From Mizuhopecten yessoensis (Eukaryota): a DNA stretch of 64,000 bases. The stretch spans positions 837,889 through 901,888 of the forward strand of contig NW_018403833.1 of the NCBI RefSeq assembly GCF_002113885.1, in the 5' to 3' direction. A model generated the notes under the pieces. The model saw only the letters and a list, made by a program, of their open reading frames with translations. It was not told the DNA's origin and searched no databases. Position numbers and translations under genes: made by a program. Of this stretch, positions 39,564-53,543 are shown piece after piece. The number at the start of each line of letters is the position of its first letter. Position 1 is the stretch's first letter.

Positions 39564-40133
39564 AAAATTTACTAACCTGTAATGAATACAAGATTGCACA
39601 GAACATTACTGGTTTGACTTGACTGGTTTGTAATGAACACAAAACAGCACTTTAGTGTAGTTATTGAGGTCTTGTATTACCTTGTCTAGACAATTGGAAC
39701 ATGATCTTAAAGTCAACTGTCTGTGATATTCCCACCTGGAACATATAGATAGCAATTACATCTCATTTTAGTCCTGACATTTTTACCCTGTTATACATAT
39801 ATTCTAGCATAAATACAAGCAGAGGATTTTATTATACTTGAGAGAACACATTCAAGTGACAATTCTTTCAATAAAATCTTATCATTTTTCTTTCTTCTAT
39901 TTTTGTTTTTGTTTTCAAATGGCAAGTCCCAGACTTAACAGCAAAGTAAATGCAATTTTATTTTTTAGAATTTCATGATTTTTTTTATCATCATCCTTGT
40001 GGAATAAGTTTGAATCTTAATCTTACTAACAGCTGTGAGGCGATATTCAGTCTTCAGCAAATTTATGCAACATTTGCTTCTAAATGGGACCTGTTTTCCA
40101 CAATAATTGTAATGAAGACAATTGCTTCTGGCT

Positions 40134-42242
40134 GGGACATAGCTACCATAACAGCCTAGGACATAGCTACCACAACAGCTAAGGACATAGCTACCATAAC
40201 ATTATAGGACATAGCTACCATAACATTGTAGAACATAGCTACCATAACAGCTTAGGGCATAGCTACCATAACATTGTAGAACATAGCTACCATAACAGCT
40301 GAGGACTTAGCTACCATAACATTATAGGACATAGCTACCATAACATTGTAGAACATAGCTACCATAACAGCTGAGGACTTAGCTACCATAACATTGTAGA
40401 ACATAGCTACCATAACAGCTTAGGACATAGCTACCATAACAGCTAAGGACATAGCTACCATAACATTATAGGACATAGCTACCATAACAGCTTAGGACAT
40501 AGCTACCATAACATTGTAGAACATAGCTACCATAACAGCTTAGGACATAGCTACCATAACATTGTAGAACATAGCTACCATAACAGCTTAGGACATAGCT
40601 ACCATAACAGCTAAGGACATAGCTACCATAACATTATAGGACATAGCTACCATAACAGCTTAGGACATAGCTACCATAACATTGTAGAACATAGCTACCA
40701 TAACAGCTTAGGACATAGCTACCATAACATTGTAGAACATAGCTACCATAACAGCTTAGGACATAGCTACCATAACAGCTAAGGACATAGCTACCATAAC
40801 ATTATAGGACATAGCTACCATAACAGCTTAGGACATAGCTACCATAACATTGTAGAACATAGCTACCATAACAGCTTAGGACATAGCTACCATAACATTG
40901 TAGAACATAGCTACCATAACAGCTTAGGACATAGCTACCATAACAGCTAAGGACATAGCTACCATAACATTATAGGACATAGCTACCATAACAGCTTAGG
41001 ACATAGCTACCATAACATTGTAGAACATAGCTACCATAACAGCTTAGGACATAGCTACCATAACAGCTAAGGACATAGCTACCATAACATTATAGGACAT
41101 AGCTACCATAACAGCTAAGGACATAGCTACCACAACATTGTAGAACATAGCTACCATAACAGCTTAGGACATAGCTACCATAACAGCTAAGGACATAGCT
41201 ACCATAACATTATAGGACATAGCTACCATAACAGCTTAGGGCATAGCTACCATAACATTGTAGAACATAGCTACCATAACAGCTTAGGACATAGCTACCA
41301 TAACATTGTAGAACATAGCTACAACAACAGCTTAGGGCATAGCTACCATAACATTGTAGAACATAGCTACCATAACAGCTTAAACATAGCTACCACAACA
41401 GCTATAGGACATAGCTACCATAACAGCTTAGGATATAGCTACCATAACATTATAGGACATAGCTACCATAACATTGTAGAACATAGCTACCACAACAGCT
41501 AAGGACATAGCTCCCATAACATTATAGGACATAGCTACCATAATAGTTTAGGACTTACCTACCATAACATTATAGGACATAGCTCCCATAACAGCTTAGG
41601 ACTTAGCTACCATGACATTATAGGACATAGCTACCATAACATTATAGGACATAGCAACCATAATAGCTTAGGACTTACCTACCATAACATTATGGGACAT
41701 AGCTACCATAACAGCTTAGGATATAGCTACCATAACAGCTAAGGACATAGCTACCATAACATTATAGGACATAGCTACCATAATAGCTTAGGACTTACCT
41801 ACCATAACATTATAGGACATAGCTACCATAACAGCTTAGGACTTAGCTACCAGAACATTATAGGTCATAGCTACCATAACATTATAGGACATAGTTACCA
41901 TAACAGCTTAGGACTTAGCTACCAGAACATTATAGGTCATAGCTACCATAACAGCTTAGGACTTAGCTACCATAACATTATAGGTCATAGCTACCATAAC
42001 AGCTGAGGACTTAGCTACCATAACAGCCTAGGACATATAGCTACCATAACATTATAGGACTTAGCTACCATAACATTATAGGTCATAGCTACCATAACAT
42101 TATAGGACATAGCTACCATAACAGCTGATGACTTAGCTACCATAACCTTATAAGACATAGCTACCATAACAGCTAAGGACTTAGCTACCATGACATTATA
42201 GGACATAGCTACCATAACAGCTGAGGACTTAGCTACCATGAC
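40134..42242 (+). repeat. 24-bp minisatellite, about 88 copies, with a 168-bp higher-order repeat
   Basis: Constant 16-mer acatagctaccataac plus a variable 8-mer (agcttagg, attgtaga, agctaagg or attatagg). Confidence 0.98.
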
Positions 42243-43645
42243 AGTTTCACTGTGTTTACTGTGTATAGTTTGCCTGAAGAGATCAGTCAAGGATCTTAAT
42301 ACTGGGTTAACCTTGTTTGCTCCAGTATGGTAACTATATAAATTAGTGACCCTCTCTTGTTATTAATTAATCACAGAAATTATTGGCTGCAATACTTTAC
42401 AGGTGTGTATGGACGGAATCAAATTAGTAATATGAATATTTACAAGTACCATATTGATGTTATAGGGCAATTCTTGAAATATAAACTTGTTATGATATCT
42501 GGAAGTTGTTTGGCCATATTGTTATCTAGATAACTTTACAGGGGCTTGAGACATACACTCAGAGGTCAATTCAAACTGTTTCAACTAGCTACGGTACATC
42601 TCTTCAATGAATTTACTTTTTTCCATTGACAGAAGAGCTCTGTTGGAAAATTACACTGTATTCACAGATTTATAGCATGTCATACAAATATTTTTTTCTC
42701 TGCTGAATCATTTCTATTAGCTGTGTTCGCAGATACCCGGAAAGAGATAGCGTTAATTATAAGGCCCCATTTTAACCTCTACCTTGAGAAGTGGCCCACA
42801 TGGAGTTGTTGTTTTACCGACATGGGTGTTGACTCAGGGCCCATGACTCACGTCCTTGTGGGGACTTTGTCTTACGTTGTATGTTGACACATGCTCGCCC
42901 AAACTAATTACGGGGTACAGCCTGATTGGTAGTTTGATCTGGGTACCCAATCAATGCCTAGTCAAACATTTGCCTTCTGGAGGTCTAACACAGTCAGAAG
43001 CTCGCCTAACACTATTGTATTGGTCAATTATCCGATGACTAAAACTGTCGGCACGTGAAACTATTATCATTAATAATTCTCCCCTGCATCCACGACTCCA
43101 GAGATTATAAAGCGAAGCTCCAATGCTTATAAGTTACAGGTACCCGATTACAGGACGTTGTGTCATGATCTGATAACTCACGATGTATTATATATATGAC
43201 TCACGTATATAGACAATAAAACCATATCACTTTAAATGTTTAATAGATAACAGGGTTACAGGATAAAAACGTTTGTGGTTTAGTACCCTGGAGAATAGAA
43301 GTGGCTCTGATGTTTTGTCAGGGAAAGTACAGGTAGCAGGCCATTATAGTTGAGATTCATTTGCCATAATCTTAAATAGGACACTCGTAATCGAAATAAA
43401 TGATGAAAAGGCTGCAAGGTTTGAAACAGGGCATGTCACACTTCCATTTACACTACCTCTCTAATGGGGAAAGCTTATGATAAGGAAAATTTAATATTAG
43501 CCTGAGTTTAAGCTAAGATAAACTAAGTACTGTGTAATAAACTTAAATAAAATAACAAGCAATGACAGTTTTTAGCTTGTTAATTCAATACCTGCCGGAC
43601 AAATCTGTCTTGTGTGTGTGCATGTTAAACAAAGTCACTGGTACA

Positions 43646-43873
43646 GGTTTGGTTTGTTTGTGTTTTACACGCTAGCGACAGCTATGGTCATTCAAGGATG
43701 TGCCAGCTTTTGGTGGTGGAGGATGACGGAGTTCCCGGAGAAAAGCCACTTACCTATATATGGCCATTACCTGGCGACTGTCTATGTAGGTCTCAAAACA
43801 GGACCCAGTGGTGGGAGGGCTAGTGGTCGTCTACGGTCAGACTCCTTGACCACCCGGCCAATTTGGCCCCCCC
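43646..43873 (-). mobile_element. V-domain SINE, apparently full length, with aaacc-type tail
   Basis: Minus strand: head tggccgggtggtcaagg (A box), core ggcttttctccgggaactccgtcatcctccacca, tail ccttgaatgaccatagctg...aaacaaaccaaacc. Confidence 0.75.
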
Positions 43874-44027
43874 AATGTATAGGACTAGTTTTAAATCAGT
43901 TCATAAGATTATGCTTTAATACAGTAATGAAATATGCACTACAAGAGGTATGTGAAAAGTCAGTTGATATGCAAGTTTTTAGTGATAACCATTATGAAAA
44001 AGTGGGAATTTCCTCTTCAAGATAGTG

Positions 44028-44440
44028 TTGTGGTTTGTATAACCCACTTCCTCCTTGTCCCTGTCCATCTTCGACTGATTATTTACATAGTGTAAAATTA
44101 TGTGTATATATATTTTGTGAATTCGTTACTGATATAAGGATGCATTAGTTATAATTACCTGGTATTTTGTGGTTTGTATAACCTCCTTTTTCCTTGTCCG
44201 TGACTTTCTTTGTCTATGATTATTTACATAGTGTAAAATTAAGTGTATATTTTGTGAATTCATTACTGATCAAAGGCTGTATTAGTTATAATTACCTGGT
44301 ATTTTGTGGTTTGTATAACCTCCTTTTTCCTTGTCCGTGATTTTCTTTGTCTATGATTATTTACATAGTGTAAAATTAAGTGTATATTTTGTGAATTCAT
44401 TACTGATCAAAGGCTGTATTAGTTATAATTACCTGGTATT
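44028..44440 (+). repeat. About 137-bp tandem triplication
   Basis: gtggtttgtataacc... starts at 44030, 44169 and 44306; copies 2 and 3 are nearly identical. Confidence 0.95.
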
Positions 44441-44639
44441 CCAAGTCCTAATGCAAATAAAGTAATAAAATAAAAATATAAACAACAGCTGTCACCGTCT
44501 ATATTGAATTATTAGGGGATATTAATAATAATGGAATCTTAATCATCTGCTGAACGTATCTATTGAAATTGAACACGCATATAAACATGTAACACTAGCT
44601 AATGATCTTCTCTATCTATGAGTCATTGAGGCTCTGTTT

Positions 44640-45180
44640 GAAATCCTTAATGTGTTGTTGTCAATGGCAGGCCTGGTGAACCTCTTGTGTTGTTGCTGAT
44701 GACGGTCCAGTGTGCCACTTATGTTGTCATCGAGAAGTCCATTCGATTATCTGTCTTCCGTTATCAATAACTGGTTTTAATCCCTTGTCTTCATATCAGT
44801 GACAAGCCCATTGGGCCTCTTGTGTTTATGGTGACTGGTTCGTTGGGTCTCATGTATTGTCAGTAATAAGCATTTTGACCTCTTGTATTGTAACTGACAG
44901 GCTCATTGGACCTCTTGTGCTGTCATTGACAAGCCAATAAGACCCCTTGGATTGTCAATGACAGGCCTTTTAGACCTCTTGTGCTGTCATTGACAAGCCA
45001 ATAGGACCTCTTGGATTGTCAGTGACAGGCCTTTTAGACCTCTTGTGTCATCAGTGGCAGGCCAATTGGGTATCTTGCATCTTTAAAAAGAGCAGGCCAA
45101 TTGGACCTCTTGTGTTGCTACTTGTTGTAGGCCAATTGTTAAAAAATGACCAATCCCTTCGACCTCTTGAATTTTTGTGG
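44640..45180 (+). repeat. Old degenerate minisatellite with a unit of about 31 bp
   Basis: Recurrent gacctcttgtg...tgacaggcc/aagcc motif. Confidence 0.75.
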
Positions 45181-45750
45181 TGACAATATTAATGTGTCCA
45201 CACCGTGCTACCTTGTTTTGGCAGTAGAGATGACAGTGGTTGTCTGAGGTCATTAGTCTCCAGTGTCTGTACAGTTAGTTACATAGCACAGTCATGTCTG
45301 ATTCACTGACTGCACACCATATTTGATTCATTAGCCATTTAATCTTTTCTTCTATACGGACAAATATGAAGAAAAATATGTTTCTGCCTTCTCCATCTGT
45401 CCTTAGTTTCAGTTCCAATCCTTAGTTTTATGTCAGTTACAGACAAGCACTATTGGAGTCTAGTTTTATGTCAGTTACAGACAAGCACCATTGAAGTCTG
45501 AAACGATGTCTCAAAAACACTGTTCATATTTAGCACCTATTTGGTTAAAATAAAATTTAATTGGAAAAACATTATTCTAAAAGTAGTGAAAGTAAGAGCA
45601 AGGGAAAGATTGTTGGAAGAGATCTAGAGTCTCATCATCCTGTTTATTATTTGTGGGGTTTATGGGGGATGCTTTTCTGCACCATTACAGCATTTGACGT
45701 ACGTTCTAATGTGTATCAATGTAGATGTGTAACGTAAGTTTTATGATGTA

Positions 45751-46446
45751 CTGTAGATATCCTGTGATAAACCCATGTACACTCATCAATAATAAGTCCA
45801 TACCCAGCAAAATCCTTGGTCAGAAATAAACCATTCCTAGTAATAAGCCATGCTCAGTAACTAATAAGCCATTAGTCAGAGTCGGTAAAAAGCCTTGGTT
45901 AGAAATAGCCAGGCTCAGTAATAACCCATGATCAGTAATGTGCCATGTTCAATTCTATTTAGCCATGTTCGGTTATAAGTGAAAGCCTTGATCAGAATTA
46001 AGCCTTGATCAGAACTAAGCCATGCTCAGTAACAAATAAGCCATTTAAGTCAGAGTCAGTAAAAAGTCTGATGTGCCATGTTCAATTCTATTAAGCCATG
46101 CTCAGTTATAAGTGAAAGCCTTGATCAGAATTAAGCCATGCTCAGTAATAAGCCATACTAAGTTATGGTCAGAAATAAGCCATGCTCAGTGAAAAGGCAT
46201 ACTAAGTTAAATGCCTTGATGAGAAATAAGCCATGCTCAGTAATAAGTAAAAGCCTTGGTCAGAAATAAGTCATGCTCAGTAAAACGAAATGCTCTGTAA
46301 TAAGCCATGCTTAGTAATTAAACCATGTTCAGTTGTATATTCAAAGTACTTATTTAAGCCAATGACCTGTAACCAGTATATGCAGAGTTACAATCACATG
46401 CTCATTAATGCTAAGGCAAGCAGGCTTATAATAGGTCAAATATAGT
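45751..46446. mobile_element. Putative Tc2-like MITE inflated by an internal 17-19-bp repeat (aataagccatgctcagt)
   Basis: Left end ta|ctgtagatatcctgtgataaaccc; degenerate right end aggcttataataggtcaaatatag. The repeat itself (45770-46330) is clear; the element boundaries are weaker. Confidence 0.45.
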
Positions 46447-47021
46447 TAAAAAAAGCACCTTCTACTGGTAGACCTGTTAATATTTGTCAAGCAGACAAAC
46501 CAGGAAAACAGGTGAACCATGTAGCACAAAGATATCTGTTTAGTTTTAATGTATCTGTGTAACTACTGATACACTTCCTTGCATATATGACTTCCTTGCA
46601 TATATGACTTTTAACAAAAAAACCGACAGAAATTAATCTTTTGACAGGGCCATTACGTCTCTTTGATGAGTTTCCCCTCGTAAAAACACACTCATCAGGT
46701 CGTAGGGTTATCGCAGAGGACTTTCAAAGAATTTGTAATTTTAAAGAAAATTGCGGATAATTTGTGGGCCCAGATCGTCTCGGTCCTATTTGATAGCAAA
46801 ATGATTGGATGTCATCCTGAACCATAATCTTGTCAAATTAAGTTAAAGTCAAGTGTTCGCAACACATTTAGATAGACGAAGCAATTTTGTGAATTCAAGG
46901 AATGAAGCATACTGTATGATAGTTTCAGCTCGATTGTTAGAAGTAGGTACAACTTTGTCATGGTAGGCTGTGAGCCCGTGCACATTGGCGTCAGTTTGTC
47001 TCCGTGTCCATGTGTCTGCTC

Positions 47022-47128
47022 ATCTGTGCGTGGGTTCCTGTAGAGGGAAGTTTATTGATACTGACTGTGGATCTGTGCGTGGGTTCCTGTAGAGGGAAGT
47101 TTATTGATACTGACTGTGGATCTATGCG
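47022..47128 (+). repeat. About 49-bp direct duplication
   Basis: atctgtgcgtgggttcctgtagagggaagtttattgatactgactgtgg occurs twice in tandem. Confidence 0.92.
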
Positions 47129-48067
47129 GTAATGATTACATGTAGTAGAATCTCCCGAGAATCACATCAGGAAATAGTTTTAATGTTTCCTCGTGATGTT
47201 AGTGTAAAATATCTTCAGAAATTGAATAAAAGTGATTATGGAGTGAGAATTCCATTATGGTTTCTCACACAGTTCGTATAATAATGAGATATAATAAATA
47301 CAGACAAAAACACCGTCACAAAGAGGATTTTTCTCTTGACTGTTTCATACAAAAAATGATCATGACATTAACACCGTGCGTTAACGTTGCCTTGAATCAT
47401 GGTATTGCTATGTACATTATTTTTCACCTGACAAATGTTATATTCCAAAGAAAATGTGTTATTGGTACAACTTTGCACTCTTCTTGCTTTACACATAAAC
47501 ATATCAAAGATAAACAAATATGATTACGTAAGAATAATGACTCCATTTCCTTTGATCTTAGTTGAAGCCAGACAACATTTGTACCAGTTTGCTATGTAAA
47601 AACCACAGAAATGTCACCATAGGTATAAAAAGAAACTATCGACCCTAAAAAAAGGTCACATAATACACGAAATGAAAGTTTCTACACTTAAACACGTAAA
47701 AGACCACTGAAATGTTAGCAATGCCATCTGCTTACACTTCCACCAACAGCTGTATCAGCAGACAGCGACACTTCTGAAGCAGGGAAAAGCTGGACTGGCT
47801 AGCCCTAGGGAAAGGTGCCTCAAATTTGACAGAATTTGATATGTTTTGTTGTAAATTTAATCTGAGATAAAATTTGGTTTTTCAACAACTGGAAAATGTT
47901 TGGAAAAAGTCGTAACTTTCGTGCATTGCCCTAGACAGTCATAAGCATACATGTCAGTCATGAGGTACGTTAGTGGGGGGTTAGGAGATTTACTTTGAAA
48001 ACCAGTAGTAAGCCAAATTCGTGGAAGTGTAAGATTGGTAAATTAGGACAGAACTTACACATCCTTC

Positions 48068-48422
48068 ATAATTAATAATAATAATTGGAGGTTCTTATAT
48101 ACTGCTTTATCACATCCTAGTTCGTAGGTCGTCTCAAAGCGGTTCACAAATTATTATCCTTGGTTATAGGGCCTTTGCAACCAGACAATACATTTCCTAA
48201 CTCCCTGGGGAGCATACAGTCGGAGCTGCCATTTCGGCGCTAACAGCTAGCATTTAACAATTCTAGCCCTGCCCAACCACGTACTCATTTATGGCTGAAT
48301 AGACTGGAACAAGCGGAGTAAAGTATCTTGCTCAAGGATATAACACATTGCCGTGCCGTGGCGCGAACCCGCAACCCTTTGGTCACGAGCCCGGCGTCCT
48401 ACCACTGGACTACCGTGCCTCC
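48068..48422 (-). mobile_element. tRNA-derived CORE-type SINE, copy 2 (full length, (ATT)n tail)
   Basis: Minus strand head ggaggcacggtagtccagtggtagg...ggttcgcgcc, core ccttgagcaagatacttt, tail ending attattattaatt. Confidence 0.88.
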
Positions 48423-51339
48423 TATTCATGACATGGATATCTACTGACTAGAACCTGCTTGTCAGACACTGCAGTCAAAAATTCAGCACTTTTTTTTCAT
48501 GAGGGCCACATCAGTGTTTTTACATGTTGTTTTAACAGCTGTCAGATTTTCTGTGTTTATCATAAGTACACATGTCCTCCTAGCTCCCTGTCACGTGAAA
48601 TGTGTAGCTAAAACCCTGTCACAGACAGAAACAAAAAATATCACCAAAACGACGTAACTGAACTTATACATGGCAAGGGTAGAGCCAACACCTGTGGATT
48701 TCTTAAGGGTGGAATAATTTGGTCCTTAGCTCCTCGTCTGGATACCCGAAAGTATGCAGGCGATTGAGTAAAAGTGAGAACATCATGAAATAAATTCAAT
48801 CACAACAGGCGACTTATACATGATGCATACAGCCCCCTTAAACAGATGTTATTTATTAATATTAAGTCGGTTATGATAAAGATGACACCATGATTTTATA
48901 GTTCGGTCCTGGTTTTCCATCATGCCCACACTAACAACCGTGTCTGCCAAACTGTGTCCTGATCTACTGCCTTATTATTTCAGTATTTTACGCTGAAAAT
49001 GACACAGAATTTGTCATCAGGGATGCCAGCAATGTAAAGTAGATAATAATACATTAATCTCTTTGTTTCTGTCTCGTGACACACATATAGCACATACATC
49101 TGTTTTTAGGGTGTGCTTATATTATTGGCAATCAGTGCTCGTCAGTTAATAGTTGTGAAACAAAGTCCATATGATTGAGACGAAACAGGACAGCTGCCAC
49201 AGGGAAAAAATAACAACGGGAACATTCTTGTTACAATTTTTAGCTTTTGACTCTGATTGAGCAGATTCCAGATGGGTTGCACAGATATTACTTAACCTGT
49301 CATAGCTAGGGGTACAGCATATAGAACAGACCGAAGACTACACACAAGATAGTGGAATATACACAAGCCGTTAGACAAGCTTCAATAAGATGTATCCTCG
49401 AGAATGAACATATAGATGTACTCTAAACGCCTAACATTTCTTCATTTCTATGAAGGACTGTTTCAAACTTTTTTATGCAGATATCAAATTTAAAAAGTAC
49501 ATATTATGTAAATTAGTTTTAAATATGTGATAATTTTTGTTAATTTTGTACAATAGAAAAACTCGACCCCTTCGTCCAAAAAATTGTAAAGAAAAAAACC
49601 AGGGATAGCAGGAAAGTATAACCATGTTGGATCATATACACAGGACACAAGAAAATACAAGACACTAATTAACTGTACATGACATAAGAGCATGGACACA
49701 AATAACTGGAATTTACACACGGGACATGAGAACATGCACACCAGATGGTATAATAAAGACACCAGAGTCGAGAACACGGAGAAAAGACACTAGAACAGGA
49801 AAGACACTAGAACAGAAAAGACACTAGAACATATATATGATATATCAAGGTAACAGCTAACTCTCTGTTATTCCATGTGGAAGTTCAGTACATTGTATAA
49901 GCTATTAGGGTAAGTCAAGGAAGTTTCATGGATCGAGCTTTCAGAAACCTCTTAATCCTGTAAACCAGTTTTAACATACGGCTCATACATAGGGCCCATT
50001 CAAAATGTAACTGCCATATCCTGTGATTGGCTAAGACAAACTCTTTTTCCGGGATGGCACTTTAAAATATGACCCAATCTTAAGTGAAGATGAAGAGGCC
50101 CATATAAAAATATGGTGGCTTCAAAACTACTGATGGCCGCCATCATATCCTAGCCATGATTGGCTGAGACAAATTGTTCTGCAGGTTTTCCATACAGATG
50201 TTAACCAATCAAAGTTGGTCATCAGAGTGTCCCTTTCATTTCAAGATCAAGGGCACAGTGTTGAATCAAAATAATCTTTTGATAGTAAAGCGTGTAGGAG
50301 ACATCTCTGTATGGTTCTTGTTATGTCTTGTTAACCTCCAAGTTTTGGAAGTTAGCCGATTAAGATTTATCAAATAAACAAATCTGCCATTGTCATATCT
50401 TGTCTATTCATGCAATCCAAAATCTCGGGATAAATCTTTGTTATGTGTGTATGTGATGGTCCTGGCCAATAAAATAAAGAATTTCACTCTCCTGAGTTAT
50501 GACGACAACCAGCAGAAGGTCAGAAGCTTCTCCTAAAGCCTGAGATTGCAATTGTGGTGATGTCGAATCCACTGAGCCGCCAAAGTCAATAAGACTAGTC
50601 TGCGGCATTAGGTCCTGTGATTAGACAGCCGTAACTGCAGACCTGATGGAGTTCTCTATGAAAACTTGCGCTATCAATAAACAATAACCAGATTTACTGG
50701 ATTAAGGGAAGCTAAAGACACTATCACATATCAATGTCCCAAGGCAAAATATGCAAATGAACTTGACTGAGTTTCCCATGTCCGGACTGCTATCGAGCAA
50801 ATCTTGCGGAACGTAAATTAGACATTGGTAGATTAATGTTGGTGGTTTGATGTAAAATTGCACCTAATTTGCATGTCATTTGAATATTCTGCTTCCATTC
50901 TTAATTTGAGGTTACAATATAATTTACAAGCAATATGTATAAACATGTTCGGTAGCGATGGATTGATGCAGTTCATGTCCAGAACGGTCCATGTTAGCCA
51001 TGAGGTGTTGGGTGTGGTATAGAAATGTACCTTTCAGATTTACACTAGAGTGCTTGAGCTGTAGACCGGAGACAAATGTCTAGAAATTGTATTTCAAAGC
51101 AGAATTAAGATATTAGTTTCAATTCATATGAAATTCATGAAATGTCATTTGTGGCAGCATTGATATATATTGTGTTTTCATGAAACATAAATGTAAAATA
51201 AAAACGACCTGAAAATCCTTTCCATTACTTTGAAATAATAAAGAAAGAAATAGTTCTTTCAATTCTGTGCACTTACAATTTTCTCTTTCGATGATAAATA
51301 ATACTGCCTTAAAGAAAATCTAGATATATATACAATATA

Positions 51340-51575
51340 TTGTGGGGTACACTTAAGTGGTAACATATATTCGTCTCTATATGTGTTCCCGCAATGTCCC
51401 CGTCCTGTTCCAATTAATTCAGCGTCATTGCTCTAGCAACTTCATTTCATAACAGATTTTTTCAAACTTTGTAATCATTCTAGCTAACAGATTTTGATCA
51501 AAACTGATATAAACGTTGTTGAGAATAACCTTGGATAAGTTGATTTTTCAGGATACCAAGGTCAAGGTCACTAAC
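51340..51575 (+). mobile_element. Degenerate HINE-like remnant
   Basis: tgtggggtacac start, gtcccgtcc stretch and caaggtcaaggtcact motif, the last shared with 1843-2082. Confidence 0.35.
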
Positions 51576-52481
51576 TGTCAAAAAAAAAAAAATGTCAAAA
51601 ATAAAATTAATATTTATAGGCATCAATGTGACAATTATGTCTTACAGACATTTTGCTTGTTTTTCTTTGTCAGTTTTATACTGAAAAAAGGACCCCAAAA
51701 TTTTGTTATAAAGGCTAAAATTGAATGTTTCATCTTTTCAAAGAACCAAAATATTATTTTCTTTCAATTCCTTTGCATAAGATGAGTTTGATCTCTTTTA
51801 CTGCGAGCACCATGAACACAAAGACCAGTCGATTTATACGCCCTCCAGATGTGTAGGTGTCTTTGTGACGTGGAACAATGGATATCATATCTGTAGCTTA
51901 ACTGGTTATGAAAATTATTATAAATATAGCCAGGCAATGAAGTTGTGAAATGGACTGTAAAATTAGTGACAATAGGGTTATTGAACTGAAAACAAAAAGG
52001 CTGTCTATGATGGAATTAGAATTAGAGGAAGACTTTATAACTGTCAATGGACTTCAGCCACAGAGGAAACTGCCAGCTACGATTGTTTAATTACAGGGGG
52101 GCATTGGGTACAGTCGTTAACATTTTTCGTTGTAGACCAAGGTTCAGAAAAATAAAAAATAAAACTTCAAAACTATTTTCTTTTGAGTGATGATGATTTG
52201 GATAGATGTTGGCACTGACAAAGGTTCCAACCTGGTGGAGTCGTGGGACAGAATTTCAAATCAAAATAAAGGATGCTAGCTTTGTTTATAGCCATTATTC
52301 CCCCAAAATAGGAGAGAGGCTGGATGCATTGCAGCCATTGTTTGTGGGTATAGGGTCAGTGCAGGGTCAGATCACAAATGTCAGTGAGCAGTGTGGGAAT
52401 CTAGCTGGTCCCTGTAGACTCCATGTCCTTTGTGTGGGGGATAGTGCTGGACCGGAGGGGGCTTATATTTGATATATGTCC

Positions 52482-52842
52482 CTGATCATTGATGTTGACA
52501 GCTTTACAAGAGGAGGAGGTAGCTTTGTAACACAGATCCATGGTTTCACACCAATGTACGCTATAACATTGTATTGGGTAACACAATAGCATGATAGACA
52601 CCCATAGGGAATCAGCAACGAGGAGCATTCCATATTACACAGGTTGCTGACTGCTGACTGATCATTGATGTTGACAGCTTTACAAGAGGAGGAGGTAGCT
52701 TTTGTAACACAGATCCATGGTTTCACACCTATGTGTGTCTTTGTTACTACTATAACATTGTATTGGGTAACACAATAGCATGATAGACACTCATAGGGAA
52801 TCAGCAACGAGGAGCATTCCATATTACACAGGTTGCTGACTG
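52482..52842 (+). repeat. About 176-bp direct duplication
   Basis: ctgatcattgatgttgacagc...caggttgctgactg starts at 52482 and at 52658. Confidence 0.95.
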
Positions 52843-53055
52843 TATATGATATTAGATTGATAGAGTTTCTTCCTTTGTCAAGCTAAAGTTCAACCTGTTA
52901 TATAAACCGAACAGATCAGACCAATATAGGCCCCACTGTATATATTTGATATTATCGGTGTTTGGATCTGTTCTACCAATATTGAATGATGTTTATTATT
53001 ATTGTTTAAACTGACAATACAAACACTTTAATACTGCAAATATAATGGAATACCT

Positions 53056-53150
53056 ATAATAATAATAAATAATAATAATTTGAGGTTTTTATATACCGCT
53101 CTATCACAACCTAGTTCGTAGCTAGGTCGTCTCAAAGCAGTTCACAAATT
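53056..53150 (-). mobile_element. 5'-truncated copy (tail only) of the CORE-type SINE
   Basis: (aat)n followed by tcacaacctagttcgtag...gtcgtctcaaagcagttcacaaatt, matching the tails at 31575 and 48068. Confidence 0.8.
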
Positions 53151-53244
53151 CACAAATATAAACATTACTTATACCATAAATCTACACAAAAAATGATACA
53201 TATATTGAAATCCTTTTACATACATATTCCATGAAGCAACAGGC

Positions 53245-53334
53245 TTAATTCATTCACTCCTAAATTTCATAATGAACTCTTCCAACGTTTGAATTGGAAG
53301 AGTTCAAATGTGTTTTTAGAGGTGAATGAGTTAA
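53245..53334 (+). mobile_element. TTAA-flanked mini-MITE, copy 2
   Basis: ttaattcattcactcct...agaggtgaatgagttaa. Confidence 0.8.
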
Positions 53335-53437
53335 TGGATTACATGTAGTTAGTGTGTTGATCATGCAGTCAGGTGCTGCACTGGAGTATTCTAAGACACC
53401 CAAGGTATTCAGGTGATTGATAAAATATTGAAATGAG

Positions 53438-53543
53438 TTCACTCATTCACCCGGGGGGGGGGGTCCCCTGAAGACACATTTGAACCCTTCCAATTCAAAG
53501 GTTAGAGTAGTTCATTATGAAACTTCAGGGGTAAATGAGTTAA
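53438..53543 (-). mobile_element. TTAA-type mini-MITE, copy 3 (inverted, with a poly-G insertion)
   Basis: The interior is the reverse complement of copies 1 and 2; it ends caggggtaaatgagttaa. Confidence 0.8.

Noticed and set aside
40134-42242. CRISPR-like repeat/spacer appearance
   Set aside because: The variable parts are only 8 nt, are drawn from about four related variants and recur. There are no cas genes and the context is eukaryotic.
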